Assembly (NCBI RefSeq): GCF_009914755.1
Contig: NC_060930.1
From: the human T2T-CHM13v2.0 reference genome, Homo sapiens
Length of the DNA: 64,000 nucleotides
Reading direction: 5' to 3' (one strand)
Shown: positions 13,481-27,719 of the stretch, one piece after another
Position numbering within the stretch: position 1 is the stretch's first letter
Layout of the letters: every line of letters begins with the position of its first letter
Position numbers and translations under genes: made by a program
The notes under the pieces: generated by a model
Told to the model about the DNA's origin: nothing
The model's input: only the letters and a program-made list of their open reading frames with translations
Databases searched by the model: none

Positions 13481-14799
13481 GTAGATATTGAAAGAAATCT
13501 ACTTTTCTTCCATCTTTGCAATAAAGTAATGAACTCACATATACACAGCTCAGAGTGAAAGGAAACCTAATAAAAGTATAAAAATAAACTTTGCAAGTAT
13601 TCTTTATATAACCATGAATTAAAGCCCAAGATACATAAAAGATACATACAAAGATAACTATTATATTAAATTCCACCTTCTTTTCTAAGGAGAAGACCAG
13701 ATTATCTTTTATTCTATCCCCAAGGCTGAGGAAGCAGCAGAGTTTCCAACCTAAAATCAAATTGATAACCGGTGGTTTCTAAAATAAACTATTCCCCCAT
13801 ATGCACTGGATTTCCCAGACTACGTAACCAGAAGAACTCTTGGGCTTTTGGCAATATACAGTTAAATCTATGCAAATAAGTGGTCATTTGTGAAAATGAA
13901 TCTTCTCAAAACTCCTTTCCTAGCAGCTGGTCCTGGGAACAGAAGGCTGTGACAAGGCTGCGGGAAATGGAGCCACCAACTATTTTTAGCAGCTGTATTT
14001 TACTAATCTGGTTGTTTTTGCCATGTAAGACTGTGCAGTATTTCTAAGAGAAGGCACATCAGTACTAGCCTGGCATATGCCCAATTTGGGTAATTGCATT
14101 CTGTCATCTTTCAGGTCTCCCTGGCACTTTCAATTAGCCATAATTTATATTCTTCACAGTTTATAGTTGAAACTGCCTTGTATTGCAGCTATGGGGTTAC
14201 ACAGAGACAGCAGCTAAATTAACAAACAACTGGTAAATTATTATTGTTTTTCACTTCTCTTTTGCCTTACTTTGCTATAGACTGCTAAAAGTTAGGGATC
14301 ACTAGTTATATTTATAGGAAAGACCCGAGAATCTCCAGAGTCATATACTATCCACATCTATGAGGAGTTAGATTACAAATTTTAAAATAAATTCCTATAT
14401 CTTAAGACTGAAATAAAGGAAATAACAAGTTATTTCTAAAAGAGAAAAATACCCTTAACATAAATAAGAGATATGATCTGCTTTTTTTCATTTTGTTAAT
14501 GCTTAGTAAGTTTCATTTGTACCAAGTCCTGTCTCATATGTTGAGGCTCAATAATGAACCATAGATGATATTTTTCAGATGCTTAAAATGTACCAGTTCC
14601 TGTTTAACTTACTTAATATTTACAGAGCTTTATCACATAAGTAGGCCCTTCTTTCACCCCTATTTCACATATGAAAAACAGATGCAAAGTAACTGTAATA
14701 ACTTTCCAGAGACAGCAGTTATAATCAGGGCTTTAAACTTCAGCCATTTGATGCCACTAACTGTGCTCTCCACCACTTTGATCATCTCTCTTATGAACA

Positions 14800-15480
14800 G
14801 GGCAGTCCTAGGCTTTAAAATAACATAGAGGAAGAAGAACACTAAACAGCTAAATAAACAAACAAGAGAACTATCTACCAGAAATAGGACACAGGTGCTG
14901 TGCAGAAAGTCCAACTATTTGGGCAAGATAGAGTCAGGAGGTAGTTTCTTTACACTTGGTGATAAAGAAGGCTTCTGTGTTTAAGGTGGGAGATTTGGAA
15001 CACAAAAGGGAGACAGCTAAGCAAATATAAAAGGAACAGTGTTCAAGGTAGAAGGCAGAACTGGTGCCAGGACCCTAAGTTGGGAAAAGACTTGACATGC
15101 TTGGGGAATCAAATGAGCCCAGAGTGGTTACAGGACAAAGGCTAGAGGGGAGAGAGTAAATTCTGGTTGGTAACATGAATAGGCACAAGATTATGAAGGG
15201 CTTCGGCATTGTCAGGTGTTTAGCTTTTGTTCATGGGGGCCATATTCTGATCTAAGTGTTCAACAATTTATTCTAAATGGAGAATCTATTTCAGGGATGG
15301 ACAAGAGTGGAAGATAAGCAAGTCAAGGCCCATGGTGATGGATGACATATTTCAACTACAGCAAATTAGGAAATTATGAAAAAAAGAGAACAGATTTAAA
15401 ATATGTTTTTGTTAACTTTGCTGATGAATGTTGAAAGGATGCAAGTGAGAAAAATAGAGGTTATTAAGTGAAAACCAGCA
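14800..15480 (-). mobile_element. L2 (antisense), preceded by a MIR at ~14600-14780
   Basis: GGAACAGTGTTCAAGGTAGAAGGCAGAACTGGTGCCAGGACCCTAAG...CTTGACATGCTTGGGGAA are L2a-type motifs. Confidence 0.65.
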
Positions 15481-16632
15481 ACTGGCATTATTCAGGTGAA
15501 ACTTATGTCTCTATTTTGTCTAAGAGTTTCAGTGGTTTCTTCTAAGAATTCTTAGTTGTAACAACAAAAAAGATGATTAAATAAGGTTTAAATTTTACTT
15601 TTTAAATTTCATTACAAGTCAGTAGAACTTTAAAATAAATTGTAATATTTATTTTAAGACATGACTTAAGAACACCAACAGCTAATTTTAAGACATGACT
15701 TATGAACATTGTCAGTTTTATACAAATTATTTACTAATTTGTGTAATGTATGTTCATGATTTTGAAAAACTGCCTATAATTCTGTTCATTTTTGATCATT
15801 ACTTCTTGTCACTGCAGAAAGAGCTGTTCAGAAAGGCATCTAGGGCATGTTATCATAGTGGAAAACACACAAAGTTAAATACAGATGAGATACTATTTTT
15901 AGCAACTAAATAAGAGAACAAATTACAGTGCTGAACTCACACCTCTAAATGGAAGATATTTTATTTGTTTTTAAAATAAAGTGTGAGACCATACATCATA
16001 GTTTTTCAACTGTGTGAATAAGACATATCTAAAATAACTTAAATTAGATCTATTTAGCAGATAATTGCTTAAACAAGTATTTTGAAAAATCTTATTTTCA
16101 TAAATATTTATGAGATTTAATATATTAATGCATTTTGATTACAAAAAAGTTTGAAAAGATTTTATGTTATGTTTTTCTTCCTTTTCTAATATGGGATTAT
16201 TCTTCACAAGGTTTGTACTGGTAGCTGTGACAGAGTTTCTGTTGTAGACATTTTATCACACAATTTCCCAGATAAAAAACATGGTATCAGAGGGATTTTG
16301 GTTAACTTGGGATGATGAAGAGTTGGCAAGAAGAAAGGAGATATAATTTTAGAGTGGTAGAGCACTTGAGATGATCTATGATAAACCTTACATTTAATAG
16401 CCCCCAGTTTCTCATAGGTTCCAAACTCACTGGAAGAGTTTCTATCTGGATATCCAGCAGACTAATCAAACTTGGCTAAAGTTACAAACAATTAATTTTT
16501 GTATTACCTACTGTGGTTGATAGAATCACCATAATCGTATTCTCCAAGCTCCTATGTTTGGAGTCTTCCTCAGCAACTTTATTATCCTCAGTCAGTCTTT
16601 CAATAAGACTGATTAAGTTTACTTTTCAAATA

Positions 16633-17821
16633 CAGTTATGCCCCACATAATGACTTTCTGGTCAATGATGAACTGCATATATGACAGTAGTTCCATAAGA
16701 TTATAATGAAGCTGAAAAGTTCCCATTGCCTAGTGACATTGCAGCTGTTGTAACATTGTAGGACAACACATTACTCATGTGTTTGTGGTAATGCTGGTCT
16801 ATGACCTACTGCGCTGCCAGAGGTAGAAAAGAATAGCACATACAATTATGTCCAGTGAATAATACTTCATGATGATAACAAACTGGCTTATATTACTGTC
16901 TTATTTGCTTTCCTTTTTTATTATTTTAGAGTATACATCTATTTATTAAAAAAATAGTTAACTGTAAAACAGCCTGAGGCAGGTCCTTCTAGAAGTATTC
17001 CAGAAGAATGCATTGTTATTATAGGAGAGGAAAGCGCCTTGTGTGTTATTGCCCCTGAAGACCTTCCAGTGAAACAAAATATGGAAGTGGTAGACAGTGA
17101 TACTGATGATTCTGACCTTGTGTAGGCTTAGGCTAATATGTGTGTTTGTGCCTCTGTTTTTAACAAAAAAAGCATAAAAAAAAACAAAAGGTAAGAATTT
17201 AGAAATAGAAAAAATTTATAAAGATATAAAGCAAGAAAACATTTTTGTAGAGCTGTACAATGTGTTTGTTTAATCTAAGTGTTATTGCAAAAGAGTTAAA
17301 AGTTTAAAAAATATGAAAAATTATAAAGTAAAAAAGCAACAAGAACCTAAGGTTAATTTATTACTGAAGAAAAAAATACGTTTTAAATCTAGTGTAGCAT
17401 AAGTATACAGTGTTTACAAAGTCTACAGTGGTGTGCAGTACTGTCCCAGGCCTTCACTTTCACTTTCTATTCGCTCACTGACTCACTCAAAGCAATATCG
17501 AGTCCTGCTCTATTCATGCTAAGTGTTCTATGCAGGTATACTATTTTTTATCTATTATGCAATCATTTTAATGTGTCTTTTTTATGTTTAGATGCACCAA
17601 TACTTACCATTTTGCTACAACTGCCTACAGTATTCAGTACAGGAACATGCCGTACAGGTTTGTAGCCTAGGTGCAGAAGGTTATACCAGCTAGCTAGATG
17701 TGTACCAAACTACACCATTTAGGTTTTCGTAAGTACCCTCTATGACGTTTGCAGTACAAAATCATCTAACTACATGCATATTTCTCAGAACATGGCTCCA
17801 TTGTTAAGTGACATGTCACTA
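16633..17821 (+). mobile_element. Tigger3b-like TcMar DNA transposon, near full length, inserted in an L2
   Basis: Starts CAGTTATGCCCCACATAATGAC and ends TTGTTAAGTGACATGTCACTA (degenerate TIRs). TA flanks at 16631-32 and 17822-23; ~1.19 kb. L2 sequence continues on both sides (~16430-16630 and 17824-18260). Confidence 0.9.
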
Positions 17822-18938
17822 TATCTCTGTAATTTATCCCTTCTTCTCCTCTAGTGTTCAAATTCATTCCTTCCTCCATCTCTTGGCTGGATTATTGGAG
17901 TATCTCCCTCACTCATCTCTTCTGCTTTCTCCCTCCTTCAACCCAGCATCAATTATCTTTTCAAAAAATACGGAATTTCCACTTATAAAATATTGAGTTT
18001 GCTCCTATCACCCTCAAAATTAAATCCACAAACCTTACTAGAGCAAACATCTCTTTACGAAATGGCCGTACCCATCTCACTCCATCTTTCAACATTTCCC
18101 AGCAGAATGTTAACCATGTGACATCAGTTATGCTGAACATCCTTCACATTCCCCCTCAATAGCCCTGAGCCTTTTTATACCTTAATTCAGCTTCCTTGAA
18201 TCAATTTTTATTGTTTCTTTTCTGAAAATATTTACCACAAGACTGGCTTTTCACTTAATTCCTAAAAGAGAATCTTCCTTTTAAAGCTCTCGAAAAGATA
18301 AGAGGGGAAGAAATTATAAGGAAAGCGTGGGTGGCAGCCAACAAGCACAACTTCTCTAGAGATTCCTCTCATGAGTTTTCTTTCTGTCTTTCTTTTTTTT
18401 TTTGTTTCTGCCTCAGCTCATTCATTCAGTTTCTCAGATTTTCAGTGATAGTAGCTACTACCAGCACCATAAACTCTAATTTCTCCATATTTTTTTTCAC
18501 TACATTGTTTATCAGTTCAAATCTATTGAAGGAATTTTACTAGGGCATTAAGGTTGTAATTTCTGATTCAGTGAACCTGAGTTCTAGGGACATGCATGTG
18601 TTTTTAGTTTGTCTGCTATTATAACTGAGAAAAAAAGTGCAAAAGTATAAAAAATTTAGAATGAGAAACCTAAACTCTTGCTTTGTGAATCTCACGCACA
18701 AACTGTCTTGGCTGAACCAAACTCTGTTTCTACCCCTTTGGAGCCCCTTGGTCCAAAATTTTGTCTAAGATATCTTATCCCTAAAGCATACTTCTTCCAT
18801 GCCTGTTCCTTTTTCATCTTGAGAGTTCTTCACCATGCCAAATCCTTCATAGATTTTTTTTTTTTTTTCTGTTAGGTACAAGTTTAAACCAGGAGTCTTC
18901 TGGGGAACAACAGACTCCTAAACAGCTACTTACAGGGA

Positions 18939-19977
18939 ATCTCCTGGTTCTTAGGACCCTTGAGTCTGAGTTCAGTGCCTTTTCCATTATATTGCACAGC
19001 TTCAATACTTTTAAAAAGTCTTAATAAAAGATTTCCATAAGTTCCTTCTTCTGTAATTATCTCCCAAATCACTTATCCTTGAATCTGCCCAGAGTATAGA
19101 GGAGTTTGTCCAAGCTGACATAGAGGGAATAGCCTAGAACAGATCTCACCCTCTAAATGTGGTTTGCCTTTGTAATTCACAGGAAATGTGAGGATCTATT
19201 TAGCAGTCTATTCTAGCATACCAGACACTACAGACAGTCCGGTATTGTCTTCCTCTGTGTGATGATGAATAAAGACTATTTATTAATTTTCTTCAGAGAA
19301 AAATTTGGTTCCCAGTATTTATGATAAATACTAACGGTGTTGTTATATCTAAATGATAGGAAAGATGCAGATAGATGACTGTTATTCATTCTCTTCTTCT
19401 AAAATACACAGAATACAAGCTTTTTAAATTTTAGTGTAATAAATTGCTGGAGTTGTATAATTGCCTGTCAGCTCAGGTTTTCATTATAATCAGGATTATT
19501 TTTTCCCTGTCTGCAACTTCTCACTTGGGGGAGGATAGACTCCAATAAATGTATTGCAGACAATACACTAAAAATTATGAGAATAATGAATCACAAAATA
19601 AGGCATAGAAAATCCTTTTGAAAAGTATGTAATATTGTCATCATTATCATTTAGTCTAAACCTTTTATTTTTACCCGGGAATAAATCTGGGACATTAAAT
19701 GATTTTCCAAAGGTTACATAGACGAAGATCTGATTTCTTGGTTCTAAGGACTCTTGAATCTGAGTTCGGTGCCTTTTCCATCATATTACACAACTTCAAT
19801 GTTTTTAAAGTTTTAATAAAATCTTTCCATATTTCCATATGTTCCTTCTTCTGCAGTTATCTCCCAAACCACTTGTCCTCGACTTTGTCTAGAGTAGAGA
19901 GGAGTTTTTCCAAGCTGACATAGAGGGAATAGCCTAGAACAGATCTCACCCTCTAAATGTGGTTTGCGTTTGTGATT
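18939..19977 (+). repeat. Local non-tandem direct duplication, ~240 bp (18939-19177 and 19733-19977)
   Basis: Manual alignment gives ~85% identity over the 5' ~170 bp and 59/59 identity at 19109-19167 vs 19909-19967. Confidence 0.95.
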
Positions 19978-21127
19978 ATTAGTTCCTTTCAGGTTTTGAT
20001 ATGAACTGTCACATAAAAGTTAAACAAGGAGGGAGATGAGGCTTGAGATGCTATTAACAGCATGGCACGGTGGATAAAACAAGATTTATTTCTTTTTCAT
20101 TTCTCATAACAATATCATACATCCAGATAAAGGGCCAGGTCCTGGTGAGACCACAAATGCCATTCAAAGCTCTTTCCAGATGTGATGACTGTCCCCTGCA
20201 AAAGTGTGGATTGTTCTGGGACTCTAAATTGCGCTGTCCATGGTGCTAAATATAGCCCTGCTACAAAATTTCTCTTCTGGCCAAGCAGTTGGAATAGTAT
20301 CTAACTCTGTTTTTCAGAGCTTTTTAGTAGCCTGAGTCAGCTGTGTACAACCTGCAACTCTTCAAAAATGTAACAGCTCACATAGGTAGCTTTGAGAAAA
20401 ATCTCGCTTATGACTGCAACTGAAGTTAAAATGAAAAATTCACATCATCAGAAGAAAATATTTAAATTGATTTGTAACTATTCTGCTTTTCCTAAAATAA
20501 TACTCCTCATATGCTTTTTAAAATTAAAGCAAGGCCTCTGGTTGTTGCTCTCCTAGTTATATTTCCTACACAATATTAAAATTGTGTAGTGTTACATAGT
20601 GCAACTGTCAACCCCAAAATAAAATTAGCCACAGAAAATTAGATACAATGCACCCTGTGGATATAGAAACACTAGGTAGGCATTACAACTCAGCATTAAA
20701 CTGGAGTCTATGTGAAATTACCAAGCAGGAGCAGTTTGCACAAAGAAAATTGAATGCATCTTTTATAGTGCGAACTATTATATATTGCATGGTATGAGTT
20801 ACTACATATTTGGGGGACACCCTCCATCTACACTCCACCTGTGTAAAATTATCCCCTCACTTAGCTTTCATACATTATAACATAGATATGTGTAGGAGAT
20901 AGACTGTTGTACCCAAGTATTCCAAACTGCCTTGGCTGTTTTGCTGGTACCTTGTGTTCTAATTGGTGGCTTTCTCTGTGATACACCTAAGACCCGAATA
21001 GCAAACTGGCAATGGCGTCCCTCCTCTCTCAGATAGGCAATGTTAACATTCTTAGGGCATTAAAGACTACTGACCTTGAACTCTGCCAGTGCTATATGAT
21101 GTCAACCAAGAATTCCCTGAAATCTGA

Positions 21128-21571
<444 letters not shown>

Positions 21572-22755
21572 TGAGCTCAGGGCAACCACCATCAGCTATT
21601 ATGTGAATTGCTGCAACAGCCTTGCTTTCATTAATGCAAAGCATGACCCTTGTCCATATATTCTCTGCAAAGAAGCCATCATAATCTTTTCTATAAAACA
21701 TTTTATTATGTCCATCCTGTTAAACTTTGTAATGGAATTTTATTATCACTAAGATAATATTAAAGCCTGTCAGACTGGCCCCTATTTCTCCCTCCTGTCT
21801 CTTTTGCTTTTCTTATCTCCTTTTGGGTTCTTTCAATCATACTGATTTTTAAAAAATTAATTGCATACACCATATTTTCTTTTGACTTCTGATCATCAAC
21901 AGCTCTTTTTCCTACCTCCAAATCTCCTTTATCTTTATGCGGCTAACTCATTTATCATTCATCTCTCAGTTTGAAAGTCACATTCTCTAAGAGACCCTGA
22001 CTGTAGCCCCCTCATCCTCTCCTTTCTCCCACCCTCCACACAAGTTCGGATGCTCAGCTCTATTTGCACCCAGTGTACCTCCACTGTATGATTTAGTTGA
22101 CATCATTTCTTTCTTTCATTTTATTTTATGATTAGCACAGTGCTTGGCACAGATGTGCACTTACTGTGCATTGAGAGAACAAAAGAATGAAAAGTCAAAG
22201 TTTTTTTCATTGAGTAAATATTTATTCTTCTTCTATGATAAGCACAGTGTTGCCCTACATGCAGAAAACACTCACGTATCTATTTAGTGTGGCTGCGGAG
22301 GAGTGGGGAGGGGGAAGAAAAGAAGTCAGAGATGGAGAGTAGTTTCTGGCCAGTTGCAGTTCTTCAAAGCTTCAAGTCAAAACTGATAAAAATTAAGAAG
22401 TAGTTCTTAGCTTTTTTGCATCATGAAAAGAAACTATTTATTTTGCATTCTAATTTTGCCTTTTTTTCAGCATTTTGGGAATACTTTTTTAAGAGGAGTT
22501 AAAGAATTAAAAAGACCAGATCTTGCAGGTTTCATGTAAATTCTTGATGAAAAAAATCAAATAAAACTTTCCTTTTTGAAAAATTTAGTCTCAGTAAAGA
22601 ATAGATAAGTTATACAGGGCGCCTTGGGGTACTCTAAACACAAAATTATATCTAGGTTTATAAACTATAATATGACCTTGTAGAGAGATCAGAAAATTTG
22701 TGTTGTTCATTATGATTTGCTTAGTTGAAAATGAAAGAGATTTTGCATTACTTTT

Positions 22756-23837
22756 ACTTCCTTCTTCCAGGAACTGTCTCATGACTCCCCCGTTGTCTCT
22801 TGGCCCCTAATTTTTTTACACTATCTTTCTTAACTTCTCTCACTTATTTAACTTATTTAACATATCTGCAATAAAGGCTCTGGGACAGTCTGTCAAATAA
22901 ACATGGGATTAAAAATTTTAATAAAAAATCTGCATCCAGAATGCGTAGTTTGTAAATAATCTAAAATTGTTATATAGGACTTTTATTGTGCATCCATAAT
23001 ATAAATACTGTTAAGGTCTGAAGTGAAATATGTATTGCCTATATCACATAGGTATATATCTATATGTATTGAAATGTCGTGCATTGATTGACATGATTAA
23101 AACAAAATATAACAATAAGCTAAAGTATGTAGTTTTTGGTTCTAGTAATTTATAATGTTTCACAAGCTGGCAATAAGAAAGTCAGAAATATTTTTTTCCA
23201 GCAGAAACCATACATATAAATGGACATTTTAAGAGAGATTTTTAAAATTTACTGTATAGTGGCACTCATGCTTCTACAAGAACCTTTATAGCAGCTTTAT
23301 TTCTTTGTCTTTGTAAAAACATTTGAGTATTACTGTTTTATTACTTATATTTTACAAAGGGAGATACTGAGTTATAGGAGTCATTTAAAATACACTTTTC
23401 TCTAAAAAAAAAAAAACTTAACTCAGTGTATACTGTGGTTTTCCTTTATTATTTCCAAATTCTTTTTTAAAATACTGATGTAAACACCCAATTTATGGGT
23501 TATTAATAAATACTGAACTACAAAATAGGAGAGATTCAACGAGTAATAGCATGCCTGAGAGAAGGGGGAGCCCAGACGGTCACCTGCTTTCCTAGAATCC
23601 TCTTCTTTTTAGGCCTCTGAACTTCCCCACCTTTCCCTGACCAGTTTCTTTCTGTTCCTCTCTTCTGACACTACGTCTTCTCCATGGCTCCCTTCTCTAT
23701 ACATTTCCCAGAGTCATCTCCTCTGAGCCCAGCCCCCTTGACTTCTTTCTTCCAGGAACTGTCTCATGACTCCCCAGTTGTCTCTTGGCCCCTAATTTTT
23801 TTACACTATCTTCTTAAGTTCTCTCATATATTTAACT
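22756..23837 (+). repeat. Local non-tandem direct duplication, ~97 bp (22756-22853 and 23741-23837)
   Basis: ACTTC(C/T)TTCTTCCAGGAACTGTCTCATGACTCCCC(C/A)GTTGTCTCTTGGCCCCTAATTTTTTTACACTATC... occurs twice, >90% identical. Confidence 0.95.
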
Positions 23838-24699
23838 GTTACTGGAAAGATTGAATCAGAGAGTCAGTCACCTTTGGGTTACTTTTGTCAAGCAGCTTGT
23901 TATTTTTCTAGTTTTTTTTTTGGAGATAATATATTATTTATATGTAATTCAATGTTTAAATATCAGTTATAATTCAAATAAAGCTTTTTACATAAAATCT
24001 GTTTCTATATTTTGTTTTAACCTTTATTGTAAAAAAAAAAATTCCTGTACTATTCTCCAACTCTTCAGGATGCAGTTACAAACCCAGATATGTTATAAAC
24101 TACTTTAATGAAAGGGAACATAATTTTTATTACTTTTAAAAAAGCATAATGCTATATTCTATAATTTAAAAATTGGTACATAATGCCTCAAATTCAAGAT
24201 GAAATCTTGAAGTTCTTCAATTCTAAATTGTTGCTAAAGACATGTGTCTCTAGGGCTACCCATAATCCCATATTCCACTATGTTTCTGACCTCTAAGCAG
24301 TTTCTTCAAATCCATAATATACATAATATTGCTTATTTTATATTAAAGTGGTCTAGGTATAGACCCAAAAGCATGAGATACATACTGCTGAATTAGGTAA
24401 ATAGTAGCATATTCTTACTTTAGTCTAGAAATATTCAAAAGTATTGATAATTATAATTTATCTTAGTTTCAGAAGAAATTACTTTTTAATGAAATTGGGT
24501 AAAAATCAAAGACTCATATATAAAATTATTATATGAATTATTATGAATAAATTTCTTTAAGAAAATATATGTTCTTAAGACTTTAAGATTTTAACAATAT
24601 ATGTTCATATAAAAATTTGCTCTTAACTACATTTGGGTTTTATTCATTTAAACTTCTGTCAGAATCTCTACTTGAAAGAACTTGGTTATACTTTTTTCT

Positions 24700-26475
24700 T
24701 TTAATTTTATTTATTTATATTTTTGTTAGACTTTATTTTTTAGAGCAATTTTAGGTTTACAGCAAAATGTACAGAGAATAATGTATAGATATTTCCCAAA
24801 TACCTCTTCCTTGCCCCTCACATGGAATATTCCCCATATTAACATCCCCACCAGAGTGGTAGATTTGTTACAACTGATGAACCTACATTGACACATCATT
24901 ATCACCCAAAGTCCACAGTTTCCATTAGGCTTAATGCTTAGTGTTGTACATTCCATGTGCTTGGACAAATTTATAATTTCATGTATCCAAAATTATAATG
25001 CCATTCAGATTAGTATTGCTGACCTAAAAATTCTTTAGGTTCCATCTATTCATTCCTCCCTCTTCCCTAACCCCTGGCAACCACTGATTTTTTTTAATAG
25101 TTTCCATAGTTTTGCCTTTCCATTATGCCATGTAATTGGAATCATACAGTATGTATCTTTTTCAGACTGGCCTCTTTCACTCATAGTAATATGCATTTAA
25201 TTTGCCTCCATGCCTTTTCATGGTTTGATAGCTCATTTCTTTTAGCACTGAATATTATTCCATTGCCTGGAAGTGCCAGTCTATTTATCCATTCACTTAC
25301 TGAAGGACATGTTGGCTGTTTCCAAGTTTTGGCAATTATGAATAAAACTACTATAAATATCCATGTGCAGGTTTTTGTGTAGACATAAGTTTGCAGCTCT
25401 TTTTGGTAAATACCCAAGAGAAGCATGAGTGAAAGATCACATGCCAAGAGTATCTTTGGTTTTGTAAGACATTGCCATGCTGTCTTCCAAAGGGGCTGTG
25501 CCATTTTGCATTCCCACCAGCAATGAATAAGCACTTCTGTTGCCCCATTTCCTCTCCAGCATTTTGTCTTGTCAGAGTTCTGCATTTTGACCATTCTTAT
25601 AAGTATAAAGTGGTATCATTTTGCCATTTAAATTTGCATTTTCCTGATGACACACAATATGGAGCATCTTTTTCATATACTTATTTGCCATCTACATATT
25701 TTCTTTAGTGATATGCACGTTAAGGTCTTTGGCCTATTTTTAATTTTTTTTGTTTTGTTTAATTTTAAGAGTTCTTTGTAAATCATGGATAACAGTCCTT
25801 TATTAGATGTGTCATTTGCAAATCTTTTCTCCCAGTCTATAGCTTGTCTTCTCATTCCCTTGACAATTTCTTTTGCGCAGCAAAATATTTCAATTTTAAT
25901 GGAGTCCAGCTTATCAATTTTTTCTTTCATGGATTACGCCTTTGGTGTTTTGTCTAAAATTTCATTGCCAAACCTAACGTCATCTAGATTTTATCCTATG
26001 TTATGTTCTAGGAGTATTATAGTTTTACAGTTTTGAATTTTACGTTTAGATGTATGATCCATTTTGAGTTAATTTTTGTGAAGGGTGTAAGGTCTCTGTT
26101 TAAATTCTTTTTTTACTTGCATGTGGATATTTAGTCGTCCAAGCTTCATTTACTGAAAAGACTATCTTTGCTCCACTGCATTGCCTTTGCTCCTTTGCCA
26201 AAGATCAGTTGACCATATTTATGTGGCTCTATTTCTGGGCTCTTTATTCCATTCCATTGATCAATTTGTGTGTTTTTTCACCACTGCTACACTCTTAATT
26301 ATAGTAGATTTATAGTAAGTCTTGAAGCCAGGTAGCATCAGTACTCTAACTCTGTTTTTCTTCAATATTGTGTTGGCTATTCTGAGGATTTTACCTTTCC
26401 ATATAAACTTTAGATTTGCTTTGTTGATACACTGAAAATAACTTACTTGTATTTTGATTGGGATTTCATCAGACT
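24700..26475 (-). mobile_element. L1MC (L1MC1-like) 3' ~1.8 kb
   Basis: Antisense 3' UTR TTTTTAGAGCAATTTTAGGTTTACAGCAAAAT...GATGAACCTACATTGACACATCATTATCACCCAAAG; minus-strand ORFs 25181-25594 and 25673-25930 are L1 ORF2 C-terminal remnants. Confidence 0.85.
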
Positions 26476-26614
26476 TTCATCATACATTTTAATTAATTTG
26501 CTTAATTCATTGCAGCATCAATGTCAAGTTTGATAGCTTTTTTTGCCTTTTAAAATTTATGTATGATTGCTTGAACCATTATTTATGTCTTTTGAAAATA
26601 TAATGCTCTTTATG

Positions 26615-26730
26615 TTTCTTGTTTCTTCTCTTCCTCTTCTTTGTCCTTCTTTTTCTCCTCCTCCTCCTTTTTCTTTTCTCCTTCTCTCCCTTTCTCTTTC
26701 TCTCCCTCCTAGCTCCCTTCCCATCCCCCC
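26615..26730. repeat. CT-rich low-complexity tract
   Basis: Near-continuous pyrimidines. Confidence 0.85.
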
Positions 26731-27296
26731 ACACGTATGTGCCTGTGTGTGTTTGTGAAGTCAATTAGGATTTAGCTCACATCTGATTTGGACATCCTGC
26801 TCAGAACCAAGCTGAATTCGCTTACTTTAGGGATCTTAAGGCCATTTATCTCATGTTTCACTTACATTAGCTTAATACTATCTAGAGTTCAGCTCCTCCT
26901 CAAGTCACATCAAATAAGCTTCATTTACAAGGTATTTATGTATTTTGAAAACTTTACATGAGGTTTCTGGAAGATTGTGGAACTTATACAAGGCCCCAGC
27001 TTTCACCATCTTGCTCCTTTTCTTTCTCTTCTTTTTCTCCACCTTTCACCAACCCACTGTTGTTTCCTTATGAAAGGAAGTTCTGCCATCACTTTTGCTG
27101 CTTACTTTGTGCTAACCTACATCCCTTACTCCTCAAGGTTTCCCACAAGGAGCTTATCAAAATAGTTTCTTAAAAAACAAAACAAAACAAAAAGCCCAAA
27201 ATTTTCTCATTAAAGGCATTCTGTTCCCAGCTAATCAAAAATAGCAAAAACAAAATAACTTTACCACATCACAATAAAATCATCTTTATGAAACTA

Positions 27297-27719
<423 letters not shown>

